From: an archaeon
GTDB lineage: Archaea; Nanobdellota; Nanobdellia; CSSed11-243R1
Assembly (NCBI GenBank): GCA_024277205.1
Contig: JAJRVP010000021.1
Coordinates: 25,130 to 89,129 of the forward strand
DNA length: 64,000 nt
Direction: 5' to 3'
Part shown: one piece after another, positions 8,156-17,388 of the stretch
Position numbering within the stretch: position 1 is the first letter of the stretch
How the letters are laid out: each line of letters starts with the position of its first letter
Position numbers and translations under genes: made by a program
Notes under the pieces: generated by a model
The model's database searches: none
Told to the model about the DNA's origin: nothing
What the model saw: only the letters and a program-made list of their open reading frames with translations

Positions 8156-10056
8156 CGAATTCTAATTACATCTAAATTTCTTGGAGCTGTTGTTTCAACT
8201 CTTAATGTTTTATGAATTGTTGATGCTAATTCTAAACATTTAGAATTTTCACCATGCACAATAATAACCTTTCTTGGTTTTGGCTCAAGATGTTTCACAT
8301 AATTAAGAAGTTGGTTTCTATCAGAATGCCCAGAAAGTCCTTCAACAGAATGTATTTCAAGTTTTACTTCAATCATCTCAACTTTTCCACCAAAAGTTTC
8401 AACAGGAACTTGTTTTTCACCCCTTTGCACCCTACGACCCAAAGTTCCTTCGGCTTGATAAGAAACAAAAACAATTGAGTTCTTTTTATTAGAAGCGAGA
8501 TTTTGGAAGTAATAAACACTTGAACCTCCGGTAAGCATACCAGAAGTTGCAATTATTATACAAGGTTTTCTACTATGGATTAATTTATCCCTCTCTTCTT
8601 GAGAGCCAACTTTTACAAAACATTTTGCAACAAAAGGATTTACATCTTCTCCAAATATTTGTTTTTTAACATCCCTATTCATAAATTCTGGATAAGTTGT
8701 GTGAATTGCAGTCACATCCCAAACCATGCCATCAACATAAACAGGTACTTCTGGAATTTTCTTTTCACGCATTGCTTGTTCAACAATTAACATAACTTCT
8801 TGTGCTCTTCCAACACCTAAAACAGGAATTAAAACCTTACCTTTTCTTTCAACTGTGTTTTGAATAATTTCTATTAATTGTTTTTCACATTCTTCTCTAC
8901 TTGGTTGGCTATCTTCTTTAGCACCATATGTTGACTCCATCATTAAGGTTTCAACTCTTTGGAATTTTGTTAATGCAGGTTCTAAAAGTTTAGTTCTTGC
9001 ATATTTAAAATCACCAGTATACAAGAAATTGTGAAATCCTTCTCCAATGTTTAGGTGGACAAGTGAACTTCCAAGCACATGCCCAGCATTATGCAATGTT
9101 AATCTAACATCTGCTGTTATGTCTGTAACTTCGTCAAAATCAAGTGTGATTGAATTTTTAATCATCTCTTTTATTTCACGACTTGTGTATTCTGGTTTTT
9201 TCCCTGTTCTTTGGATAACATCAATATAATCCAACTGAAGAAGTGTCATTATATCTCTTGTTGGTTCTGTTGAATAAATAGGCCCTTTATATCCGTATTT
9301 ATAAAGTAAAGGTGCTGCCCCACTATGGTCCAAGTGTGCATGAGATATAACAACAGCGTCTATTTTGTTTATGTCAAATTCAGGAGCATCAAAATGTGGA
9401 AATGCATATTCTGTTGAAGCAACATTTATTCCACAATCCAAGATGATATTTGATAATGGTGTTTGCAAAAGAAAACAACTTCTTCCAACTTCTCTTCCAG
9501 CGCCAAGTGTGGATATTCTAATCCAGTATGAAGAATCGCGTTTCCACTTTGTATTGTAAATCTTTTTTCCAATTTTATTCATAAATTCTCTTCTATACTC
9601 TGAATTTTGGAATAAAGTATGACGGATTGTTTTTATTAAATCTGATTGAATAACTGGTGCCCTTCTTATCTTTGGCACCCAAAGAGTTTGTTTTCTTATC
9701 TCATTCATTACTTGTCCTTCTTTTCCAATCACAAGTCCTGGTTTTTCAGCTTCAATAAAAGTAATTGAACGTTTATAATCAAACCATGCTTCCCCAAGCC
9801 CTGCTTCTTTGGGAACAATTTTATTTATAATTTCCTGTGTTTCTTCAGGAGGAACAAGCATGGAGGGGTCCATTCTTAACTCTACTCTTTTCTTTACTTT
9901 ATTTACAATATTTCTGATTACATCCTTTGAATCAAGGAAGAAATCTCTATTTTTTGTATACAAAACAATGTTAGCACCCTCGTAAAGCACGTCACTAATG
10001 TTCGCTTCTGGAGGTAACTCTTCCTTGATTTGTTTTAAAATATCTCCATTCTTCAT
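8152..10056 (-). CDS. aCPSF1/FttA-type beta-CASP ribonuclease (two N-terminal KH domains plus metallo-beta-lactamase/beta-CASP)
   Basis: 634 aa. KH-like N-terminus (GLVIGKEGQVMNEIRKQT), MBL motif VISHAHLDHSGA, and a beta-CASP C-terminus (ESTYG, GHSD). Length and order are typical of archaeal CPSF1. Confidence 0.9.
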   Translation of the reverse strand: MKNGDILKQIKEELPPEANISDVLYEGANIVLYTKNRDFFLDSKDVIRNIVNKVKKRVELRMDPSMLVPPEETQEIINKIVPKEAGLGEAWFDYKRSITFIEAEKPGLVIGKEGQVMNEIRKQTLWVPKIRRAPVIQSDLIKTIRHTLFQNSEYRREFMNKIGKKIYNTKWKRDSSYWIRISTLGAGREVGRSCFLLQTPLSNIILDCGINVASTEYAFPHFDAPEFDINKIDAVVISHAHLDHSGAAPLLYKYGYKGPIYSTEPTRDIMTLLQLDYIDVIQRTGKKPEYTSREIKEMIKNSITLDFDEVTDITADVRLTLHNAGHVLGSSLVHLNIGEGFHNFLYTGDFKYARTKLLEPALTKFQRVETLMMESTYGAKEDSQPSREECEKQLIEIIQNTVERKGKVLIPVLGVGRAQEVMLIVEQAMREKKIPEVPVYVDGMVWDVTAIHTTYPEFMNRDVKKQIFGEDVNPFVAKCFVKVGSQEERDKLIHSRKPCIIIATSGMLTGGSSVYYFQNLASNKKNSIVFVSYQAEGTLGRRVQRGEKQVPVETFGGKVEMIEVKLEIHSVEGLSGHSDRNQLLNYVKHLEPKPRKVIIVHGENSKCLELASTIHKTLRVETTAPRNLDVIRIR

Positions 10057-10075
10057 TTATATCACAAGAAACAAA

Positions 10076-10708
10076 TTATTTCACTATCTTCTCTATTTCT
10101 TCTTTTGGGACTTTTGAAATTCCTTTCTCAGTAATTGTGTAAACATCAACTCCGCCACCAGATGCAATATCTCTTGCCATGGCAGCTTTTATTGCTCTTG
10201 CAGCAATCCTTATTCCTTCTTTTAGATTAAGTCCATCTTTGTATTGATCTTCAAGTACGCCGTATGCAAATACACTTCCACTTCCCGTTGAGATATATTT
10301 GTCTTCTAAATTGCTCCCATCTGGTCCAACAGAATATAAATGATAACCAGAATCATCCACACCTGCTAAAAGCAATTGAACATAAAATGGAACAGTAAAT
10401 CTATTACCATACAATATATTAGCTAATAATGTTGATGCTGCTTTTACAGTTACTTTTTTCCCTTTTCTTATTTCATAAAGTTCTAATTCTGCCTTTAAAT
10501 ATTTAGCAAGCATTTGCGCATCTCCAACCATGCCTGCTGTTGTCATTGCAATTTTATCTGTAATTGGAATTACCTTTGTTACAGCTTTGTGTGCTATTAA
10601 ATAGCCCATTGTGGCTCTTTTTTCAGCAGCAACAACAACACCTTCTTTTGTAACAATGCCTATCGTTGTTGTGCCATGTTTCATTTCGTCTTTTGATATG
10701 CCCTCCAT
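10076..10708 (-). CDS. psmB: Proteasome beta subunit
   Basis: 210 aa with a propeptide followed by the active-site GTTTIGIV, then typical Ntn-hydrolase beta-subunit sequence. Confidence 0.9.
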   Translation of the reverse strand: MEGISKDEMKHGTTTIGIVTKEGVVVAAEKRATMGYLIAHKAVTKVIPITDKIAMTTAGMVGDAQMLAKYLKAELELYEIRKGKKVTVKAASTLLANILYGNRFTVPFYVQLLLAGVDDSGYHLYSVGPDGSNLEDKYISTGSGSVFAYGVLEDQYKDGLNLKEGIRIAARAIKAAMARDIASGGGVDVYTITEKGISKVPKEEIEKIVK

Positions 10709-10775
10709 AGTATCAACCAGAATCGATACAAAATAAATTCAAATGTATGTTTATAAAGGTTACTAAAACAATGGA

Positions 10776-11447
10776 TTAAGGAGACCAAGGTGCTTTTCCA
10801 TCGCGCCACTGCAATGGATGCCCTATTTCTATTGACTCAACTAAGAAATCATTATCAACAATAAATCTTACAACTTTTGCAACATCTTCTGGATTTAAGA
10901 GTGTTTTAATTTCTGAACCAAAGGTATTCACGCCCCACGAATAAATTACTAAAATTTTTACTTTTTCTTGTAACTCTTTTCTTAATATCTCTGCAAACTT
11001 GGAAATGCCTACTTTTGTAGCTGCATAAACAGACTCTCCAATTATTCCTGTTTTTGCAGCCATGGAAGACATAAAAATAATATGTGGTTTTTTGCTTTTC
11101 ATCAGAAGTGGAAGCAGCTCTTTTGTTAACAAAATATGTGATTTTAGATTTATATCTATTTGAGAATTAATTTCTTCGATAGACATATCACTAAATTTTT
11201 TAAGAACAATTATCCCAACATTATTTATTAATAAATCAATTTTATCTGTTTTTGATTTTATATCCTCAGCGAGTTTGATAACATTTTCTGAATCTCTAAA
11301 ATCATATCCAAAGAGGTGATATTTCTGAAAAAATTCATCTTTAAATGAATCCAGAGATGAAGCAACCAAAAATAATTCTCCATCTTTAAACTCTTTTGCC
11401 TCAGCAAATCCAATGCCTCTACTTGCACCTGTTATCACAATCTTCAT
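10776..11447 (-). CDS. Short-chain dehydrogenase/reductase (SDR) family oxidoreductase
   Basis: N-terminal Rossmann motif MKIVITGASRGIG and catalytic YAATKVGISKF (YxxxK). Confidence 0.8.
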   Translation of the reverse strand: MKIVITGASRGIGFAEAKEFKDGELFLVASSLDSFKDEFFQKYHLFGYDFRDSENVIKLAEDIKSKTDKIDLLINNVGIIVLKKFSDMSIEEINSQIDINLKSHILLTKELLPLLMKSKKPHIIFMSSMAAKTGIIGESVYAATKVGISKFAEILRKELQEKVKILVIYSWGVNTFGSEIKTLLNPEDVAKVVRFIVDNDFLVESIEIGHPLQWRDGKAPWSP

Positions 11448-11497
11448 TTTCCCACCATTTCTCTTTGGTAAAGCTTTCTCTTTCTAAGAGAAAGGTT
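11448..11497 (-). repeat. tRNA-intron-like hairpin module (A-type) filling the proS stop to SDR start spacer
   Basis: Minus strand: TAA AACC TTTCTCTT AGA AAGAGAAAG CTTTACC AAAGAGAAATGGTGG GAAA ATG. Its architecture is nearly the same as the tRNA-Val D-loop intron (AAACC TTTTCTT CCC AAGAAAAG CTTTACC AAAAGAAGGG). Confidence 0.6.
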
Positions 11498-12994
11498 TTA
11501 GTATTGTCTTGCAACCCAAACAATAACTTTTGCTTGTTTTCCACAAACAGCACATTTTTTACCTTTTGCTTTTTTCTCTGAATTTTTCACACATTCTTCT
11601 ACACTTTTCTCATTATTTGCAAAAAGTTGAATACCCCGAACTTTGATTGTCTGCTCTTTTAATTTGTCAACGCATTCTTGTGAATTACAAAATGGGATTT
11701 CAACAAGATGTATGCCCGCATTTATTTTCTTTAAAATCTCATCAAAGTTTTTGGCTTTAGCTCTTTTGAAACTTTCTTCTGCTTTTACAAACATTAGTTC
11801 TGTAATCTCTTCAAACTTCTTTTCAATTAATTTAGAATTTAATTTATCAAGTGGAATAAATTCCTTGTTCCTATCAAGACGCCTTACAAGAACCACTTGA
11901 TTTTTCTCTATGTCTTTTGGCCCAATTTCAATTCTAAGTGGCACCCCTTTTAAATCCCATTCATTAAATTTCCAACCAGGTGTATAATCTTCACGAGAAT
12001 CCATTTCTATTCTAAATTGTTTTAATTTTGCTTTAACTTTTTTTGCAACTTTTAGAACTTTTTCTTTATCTTTTTCTTTGTAATAAATTGGAATTATGAT
12101 TATTTGTAATGGTGCAACTTTTGGGGGCAAAATAATCCCATTATCATCCCCATGGATTGCTGCAAGCATACCTAAAATTTTACTAATACCCATACCAAAA
12201 GAAGTCTGATAACAATATCGCTTTTTATTATTTTTATCAGTATAAGCTACATCAAATGGTTTTGAAAAATGCAATCCCAAGTTATGGGTTGTTCCTATCT
12301 GAGAAACTTTTCCATCTGGCAAAGGAGAATCATATGCGCAAGTATAATCTGCTCCTGCAAATTTGTCCCATTCTGGCCTTTTAAAAAGCATAAATGGTAT
12401 TGCTAATTTTTCTTTAATCACTTTTGTGAATATCTCCATATCTTCTCTTACTTGCAAATCAGCATGTTTATTATCGATTTGTGCTGTATGTGCTTCAATC
12501 CAATAGAATTCGCAAGTCCTTAATAATGGAAAAATAGCATTAGTTCTTTCAGCGCGAAAGCTTGGGCGTGTCTCAAAAATTTTAAATGGCAAATCTTTGT
12601 AAGTTTGTATCCAGTAACTAAAGTAAGGATACATAACAGCTTCTCCTGTTGGCCGCAAAACTTTTGGTACTTCTAAATCTTTACCGCCATGTCCCTTTGT
12701 TATTACAAAAACTTCTGGTGCAAATCCTGTTGCGTGTTCTTTTTCTTTTTCTAATAATGTAATTGGAAATGCTGTTGGTGTTCTTATTGAATTATGATTT
12801 TTATCAAGAAGTTCTTTTTCAAAAAGAAATTCTATTTGTCTTAAAATTGTTGCACCCCAAGGCGGATATCCATAAAATCCTCTTGAGTGTTCAAGCCTTT
12901 TATCAACTAACCCACATTTAAGAACAATTTGCTCGTACCACTCACTAAAATCCTTTTTCTTTACAGTTATGCCCTGTGTTTTCTCTTCAACCAT
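11498..12994 (-). CDS. proS: Prolyl-tRNA synthetase (archaeal/eukaryotic type)
   Basis: Class II aaRS. The N-terminus FSEWYEQIVLKCGLVD... and the C-terminal terminal Tyr (ARQY) are typical of archaeal ProRS. Start is taken at the internal MVEEK (12994), because the longer ORF would overlap the metG start. Confidence 0.85.
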   Translation of the reverse strand: MVEEKTQGITVKKKDFSEWYEQIVLKCGLVDKRLEHSRGFYGYPPWGATILRQIEFLFEKELLDKNHNSIRTPTAFPITLLEKEKEHATGFAPEVFVITKGHGGKDLEVPKVLRPTGEAVMYPYFSYWIQTYKDLPFKIFETRPSFRAERTNAIFPLLRTCEFYWIEAHTAQIDNKHADLQVREDMEIFTKVIKEKLAIPFMLFKRPEWDKFAGADYTCAYDSPLPDGKVSQIGTTHNLGLHFSKPFDVAYTDKNNKKRYCYQTSFGMGISKILGMLAAIHGDDNGIILPPKVAPLQIIIIPIYYKEKDKEKVLKVAKKVKAKLKQFRIEMDSREDYTPGWKFNEWDLKGVPLRIEIGPKDIEKNQVVLVRRLDRNKEFIPLDKLNSKLIEKKFEEITELMFVKAEESFKRAKAKNFDEILKKINAGIHLVEIPFCNSQECVDKLKEQTIKVRGIQLFANNEKSVEECVKNSEKKAKGKKCAVCGKQAKVIVWVARQY

Positions 12995-13032
12995 TAAAAA
13001 GAAAAAGTTATTTAATCTTATAACATTTTCCA

Positions 13033-14670
13033 ATGATTATGAAGGTACTTATTTGTAGTGCTTGGCCATATAGTAGTGGTGTTCCTCATCTTGGTAATTT
13101 AATAGGTAGTCTACTCTCTGGAGATGTTTTTGCAAGGTATTATAGATTAAAAGGTTTTGATGCTCTTTATGTTTCTGGAACAGACATGCATGGAACAAGA
13201 ACAGAATTTGAAGCACTAAAACAAGGAATTTCAGCAAAAAAATTAGCAGAAAAAAATCATAAATTAATAAAAAAATTAATTGAAGATTTTGAAATAAAAT
13301 TTGACAATTATACTTCTACAGAATCTGAAACTCATAAAAAATTTGTAAAAGAAATATATGAAAAAATGGAAAAAAATGGTTTCATATTTACTCAACTTGA
13401 AAAGAGGGCCTTTTGTGAAAACTGTAAAAAATTTCTTGCTGATGCTTTTATAGAAGGGGTTTGTCCAAAATGTGGATATGAATATGCAAAAGGGAATCAG
13501 TGTGATAAATGTGGGGCTTTACTTGAAGCTGAAGAATTAAAAAACCCAAAATGTAAAATATGTGGACAATCAAACATAATCTTCAAAGAAACGAAACATT
13601 GGTTTCTTGATTTAAAAAAATTGCAACCAGAAATTGAAAAATATGTAAAGTCCCATACTAAATGGCAAGGTAATGTTAAACATTTCACAGAAAATCTGTT
13701 AAAACAGGGACTAAAACCAAGAGCAGTAACACGAGATATTGAATGGGGCATCCCCGCACCATTTAAAGATGCTGAAGGAAAAGTAATTTATGTTTGGGCA
13801 GAAGCAGCACTTGGTTATGTTTCTGCAACAATTGAACATACTGAAAATTGGAAAGATTTCTGGTTTGGGAATGTAAAACATATTTACACTCTTGCAAAAG
13901 ACAACATTCCATTTCATACAATTTTATTTCCAGCACAACTAATTGCATCAAAAGATGGTTATCATTTACCAGACCAAATTTCTGCAACAGAATACTTGAA
14001 TTGGGAAGGTGGGCAAAAGTTTTCCAAAAGCAGAAATATTGGAATCTTTATGGATGATGCATTAAAACTTTTACCAGCAACTTATTGGAGATTTTATTTA
14101 TTATACGACAGGCCTGAATCAAAAGATGCAAACTTTTCATGGAAAGAATTAGAAAAATCAATTAATCAAATTCTTATTGGCGACTTTGGAAATTTTGTGA
14201 ATAGAACTTTAAAATTTGTTGAAAAATATTATGCTTTGCAAATTCCAAAAGCAGAATTAGATAATGAAGATAAAACAATATTGGATAAAATTCATGTAAC
14301 TGAAGAAGTTATTTCTGAAATTTTAGAATCTGGAAAAATAAAAGATGCTATTGATGCAATTGTAAATTTATGCAGAACAGCAAATACATATTTCCAACAA
14401 AGAGAACCTTGGAAAAATCAAGATAAAAAAGATGCAACAATTTATACTTGCACACAACTTGTTAAAGCATTATCAATTTTTATGTATCCATTTACACCTT
14501 CATTATCTGAAAAAGTTTGGGAAATTTTAAACATAAAAGAAAAATTGAGTTGGAAAGAACTTGAAAAAAACATTGAACCTGGGCACTTGATCAAAAAACC
14601 AGAAATAATAATTGAAAAAATTGACATAAAAGAACTAAAAGAAAACTATAATTCTCTCAAAAATGCATAA
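13033..14670 (+). CDS. metG: Methionyl-tRNA synthetase
   Basis: HIGH-type motif PHLGNLIG, zinc knuckles CPKCG/CDKCG/CKICG, and KMSKS-type KFSKS. Confidence 0.9.
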   Translation: MIMKVLICSAWPYSSGVPHLGNLIGSLLSGDVFARYYRLKGFDALYVSGTDMHGTRTEFEALKQGISAKKLAEKNHKLIKKLIEDFEIKFDNYTSTESETHKKFVKEIYEKMEKNGFIFTQLEKRAFCENCKKFLADAFIEGVCPKCGYEYAKGNQCDKCGALLEAEELKNPKCKICGQSNIIFKETKHWFLDLKKLQPEIEKYVKSHTKWQGNVKHFTENLLKQGLKPRAVTRDIEWGIPAPFKDAEGKVIYVWAEAALGYVSATIEHTENWKDFWFGNVKHIYTLAKDNIPFHTILFPAQLIASKDGYHLPDQISATEYLNWEGGQKFSKSRNIGIFMDDALKLLPATYWRFYLLYDRPESKDANFSWKELEKSINQILIGDFGNFVNRTLKFVEKYYALQIPKAELDNEDKTILDKIHVTEEVISEILESGKIKDAIDAIVNLCRTANTYFQQREPWKNQDKKDATIYTCTQLVKALSIFMYPFTPSLSEKVWEILNIKEKLSWKELEKNIEPGHLIKKPEIIIEKIDIKELKENYNSLKNA

Positions 14671-15000
14671 TACTATATCTTGTGTTTTGTAAGTAGAATA
14701 TGTTGTATATTTTGGTGTTTTTCTCACTTCAAAGTTGTGCTCCTTTATAAATTTGTATTCTGCAAAATATTGTTTAGCAAAGTTATTCCACAGTAACAGA
14801 TTATATATAAACGATTGGTGTTTCAAACAATTCGCTCGCTGAGGTGGTGATGAAAATGGAACCGGAAAAAACAGAAGATTATGAAGTAACATTCACAAGA
14901 CAATTTAAACTTGGAGAATTTCCAGAAGGCGAGAATTAGTTCTTGCATTTTTTCTGGGAGCTCTTATGAGCCCCATTAAAGTTTATTCTTAGAAAGATAA

Positions 15001-15015
15001 CTTTTTAAATAAATA
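15001..15015 (+). promoter_or_regulatory. TATA box/BRE-like promoter for tRNA-Ile (and probably metK)
   Basis: CTTTTTAAATAAATA lies 20-34 nt upstream of tRNA position 1. It is identical in core to the tRNA-Val promoter. Confidence 0.5.
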
Positions 15016-15034
15016 TTCCCCTTTCAATCATTAA

Positions 15035-15151
15035 GGCCCGGTAGCTTAGCCTGGTTGGAGCGCAATCTTTTTGCAAGCAAAAAGCTTGACCAAAAAGATG
15101 TTCAGACGGCTGATAACCGTGAGGTCGAGAGTTCAAATCTCTCCCGGGCCA
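15035..15151 (+). tRNA. tRNA-Ile(GAU) with a 42-nt non-canonical intron in the anticodon stem (about 27/28; 15064-15105)
   Basis: GGCCCGG TA GCTT AGCCTGGTTG GAGC G C[AATCTTTTTGCAAGCAAAAAGCTTGACCAAAAAGATGTTCAG]ACGG CTGATAA CCGTG AGGTC GAGAG TTCAAAT CTCTC CCGGGCC A. All four stems pair after excision, and the spliced length is 75 nt. Confidence 0.85.
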
Positions 15152-15158
15152 TTTGAAA

Positions 15159-16289
15159 ATGAAAACTTTATTTACATCAGAATCTGTAACGGAAGGTCAT
15201 CCAGATAAATTGTGCGACCAAATTTCAGATGCAATTCTAGATGAATTGCTAAAAAAAGATAAAAATTCTAAAGTTGCTGTTGAAACTTTAGCAACACGTG
15301 GTTTAATAATTGTTGCTGGAGAGGTTACTACAAAAGGATATGTAGATGTTCAAAGTACAGCAAGAAAAGTTGTTCAAGAAGTTGGTTATGACAAACCAGA
15401 ATATGGTTTTGATTTTGACTCTTGTGCTGTTTTAGTTGCATTACATGAACAGTCTCCTGACATTGCAAGGGGTGTTATTAAAAAAGAGTTAGCTGCTGGT
15501 GATCAGGGATTAATGTTTGGCTATGCAACTGATGAAACAAAAGAATTAATGCCTTTGCCAATAACTCTTGCTCATAAGCTTACAAAAAGATTAGCAGATG
15601 TAAGAAAGAAAAAAATTCTGGATTGGGTTCGGCCAGATGGAAAATCTCAAGTGACTATTGAGTATGAAAATGGCAAACCAAAAAGAGTTGATACAATAGT
15701 TATATCAACACAACATTCTCCAAAAGTTTCAAATAAAAAAATAAAAAACGATGTGATTGAACACGTCATCAAACCTATTTGTAAAAATTGGATTGATAAA
15801 AAAACAAAATTTTTCATAAATCCAACAGGGAGATTTGTTATTGGTGGCCCACCAGCAGATACAGGATTAACTGGTAGAAAAATAATTGTTGACACATATG
15901 GTGGTTTTGGAGCTCATGGAGGGGGTTGTTTTTCTGGAAAAGACCCTTCAAAAGTAGATAGAAGTGGAAGTTACATGGCTAGATATATTGCAAAAAATAT
16001 TGTTGCTGCAAAATTAGCAAAAAAATGTGAAATCCAAATTGCGTATGCAATTGGTGTTGCTAAACCTGTTTCTGTTATGGTGAATACATTTGGAACTGGA
16101 AAAATATCTGACGATAAACTTGTTAAAATTATAAAAAAGGTTTTTGATATGAGCCCAGGTGGTATAATAAAACAATTAAATCTCTTGCGCCCAATTTATA
16201 AGAAAACTGCTGCTTATGGCCATTTTGGAAGAAAAGAGTTACCTTGGGAAAAAACAGATAAGGTAAAAGAATTAAGAAGTTACTTTTGA
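15159..16289 (+). CDS. metK: S-adenosylmethionine synthetase, bacterial/eukaryotic MetK type
   Basis: [34 protein letters not shown] and [17 protein letters not shown] are hallmark MetK motifs. First ATG at 15159, 7 nt after the tRNA-Ile discriminator base. Confidence 0.92.
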   Translation: MKTLFTSESVTEGHPDKLCDQISDAILDELLKKDKNSKVAVETLATRGLIIVAGEVTTKGYVDVQSTARKVVQEVGYDKPEYGFDFDSCAVLVALHEQSPDIARGVIKKELAAGDQGLMFGYATDETKELMPLPITLAHKLTKRLADVRKKKILDWVRPDGKSQVTIEYENGKPKRVDTIVISTQHSPKVSNKKIKNDVIEHVIKPICKNWIDKKTKFFINPTGRFVIGGPPADTGLTGRKIIVDTYGGFGAHGGGCFSGKDPSKVDRSGSYMARYIAKNIVAAKLAKKCEIQIAYAIGVAKPVSVMVNTFGTGKISDDKLVKIIKKVFDMSPGGIIKQLNLLRPIYKKTAAYGHFGRKELPWEKTDKVKELRSYF

Positions 16290-16651
16290 TTTTTCTCTTG
16301 ATTTTTAATTTCAAACCATCTCTTAACTGCTTCTTCTGAATTTTTTACGTTTTCATTACCAAAAACCCATGGCTTTCTTCTTTTAATCTTTTCAATCACT
16401 TTTTCAATTGCCTTTTTTTGAGTTGTAATACCGTCCCTTTCAGCGATTGACAAAATCAAAAGAGAATCATAGATTAAATCTCCAATTTCTTCTTCAAAAT
16501 TTTGAAAATCTTTTTTCTCAATTGCCTCTTTAAGTTCGCGAGCTTCATTTAAAGGTTCATCTTTTAAAGAGTTTATTGTTTGTTCCTTTACCCAAGGACA
16601 TTTTTCTAATGTTTTCTTTATAATATCCACCAACTCTTCAATTTCTTTCAT
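16280..16651 (-). CDS. MazG-like nucleotide pyrophosphohydrolase
   Basis: An all-alpha protein of about 123 aa with an [13 protein letters not shown] motif (MazG EExGD). Start is taken at MKEIEEL (16651), where the ATG overlaps the upstream small-ORF stop (ATGA). Confidence 0.65.
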   Translation of the reverse strand: MKEIEELVDIIKKTLEKCPWVKEQTINSLKDEPLNEARELKEAIEKKDFQNFEEEIGDLIYDSLLILSIAERDGITTQKKAIEKVIEKIKRRKPWVFGNENVKNSEEAVKRWFEIKNQEKNQK

Positions 16652-16785
16652 AATATCCCTTGTCTTACTTTGAAATATTTCCCACAAAAAAAGCATTGCA
16701 ATCTTTTATTTCTTAAATCTTTTGTATTTCTTGGAATAAATTTCCTTTTTCCTTTGCAATATGGGCATTTAAGTGTAAGTTCCAA
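16648..16785 (-). CDS. Small basic zinc-ribbon protein (45 aa), not in the ORF track
   Basis: (TTG)[44 protein letters not shown] has CxxC-x20-CxxC. GGTGGAG lies 6 nt upstream of the TTG. Its stop overlaps the mazG-like ATG (TTATGA), and its start overlaps the end of the upstream membrane-protein gene. Confidence 0.45.
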   Translation of the reverse strand: MELTLKCPYCKGKRKFIPRNTKDLRNKRLQCFFCGKYFKVRQGIL

Positions 16786-17320
16786 TTTTTACTCCACCTG
16801 TCAAAGGAATTTCTGTTGGTCCGCCACCCAATCCAAAACAAGCCGGAATAACTTTAACAGCATCAACATATGCGCCCCACACAAGCCACAACATAATTAA
16901 TGGAATCGCAATATTCGCTATCATAATTATAATGTTAATAACTGGAATTAATGAAAAAATACTGAGTATGTGCAATACAGTCAATACAATGGATAACACC
17001 AAAAGCCACCATATCACTCCAGAGATAGGATCAATTGCAGCACTTATACTTACTCCAATCCAAGGAATGTGAGGTCCTAAAAATGCACCTATTGCACCAA
17101 ATAATTCTCCCATGATTATTGCAACAAGAACAAGATATAACCCAAGCGCTGGGCAAAAAGAAGAAACTGCTGCTGCAGCAATTGTTGCACCAAGCCCAAC
17201 TCCAATTTTTATAAACATGCCTATTTTGCCTTCTAAAACATGTCCTAAAATTACTTTTAAAACAATAATGGGCATAAGTGAAATAAGTGCAAATATCCAA
17301 GCAGCTGCCATACTTTTCAT
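16769..17320 (-). CDS. Polytopic membrane protein (hypothetical)
   Basis: About 5 hydrophobic helices rich in G/A/I/L. The ORF opens with TTG at 17350, and the first ATG is at 17320. Confidence 0.55.
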   Translation of the reverse strand: MKSMAAAWIFALISLMPIIVLKVILGHVLEGKIGMFIKIGVGLGATIAAAAVSSFCPALGLYLVLVAIIMGELFGAIGAFLGPHIPWIGVSISAAIDPISGVIWWLLVLSIVLTVLHILSIFSLIPVINIIIMIANIAIPLIMLWLVWGAYVDAVKVIPACFGLGGGPTEIPLTGGVKIGTYT

Positions 17321-17388
17321 AATTATTATCTTAATTAAATAAGTTTCCAAAGAAAAACTATTTAAGCCATCTTACTTTTTTTCTCTTT

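Noticed and set aside
16670-17342. ORFs 16670-16900(+), 17031-17300(-) and 17112-17342(+).
   Set aside because: They overlap the polytopic membrane-protein gene in other frames or on the other strand. They have no start signals and are not protein-like.
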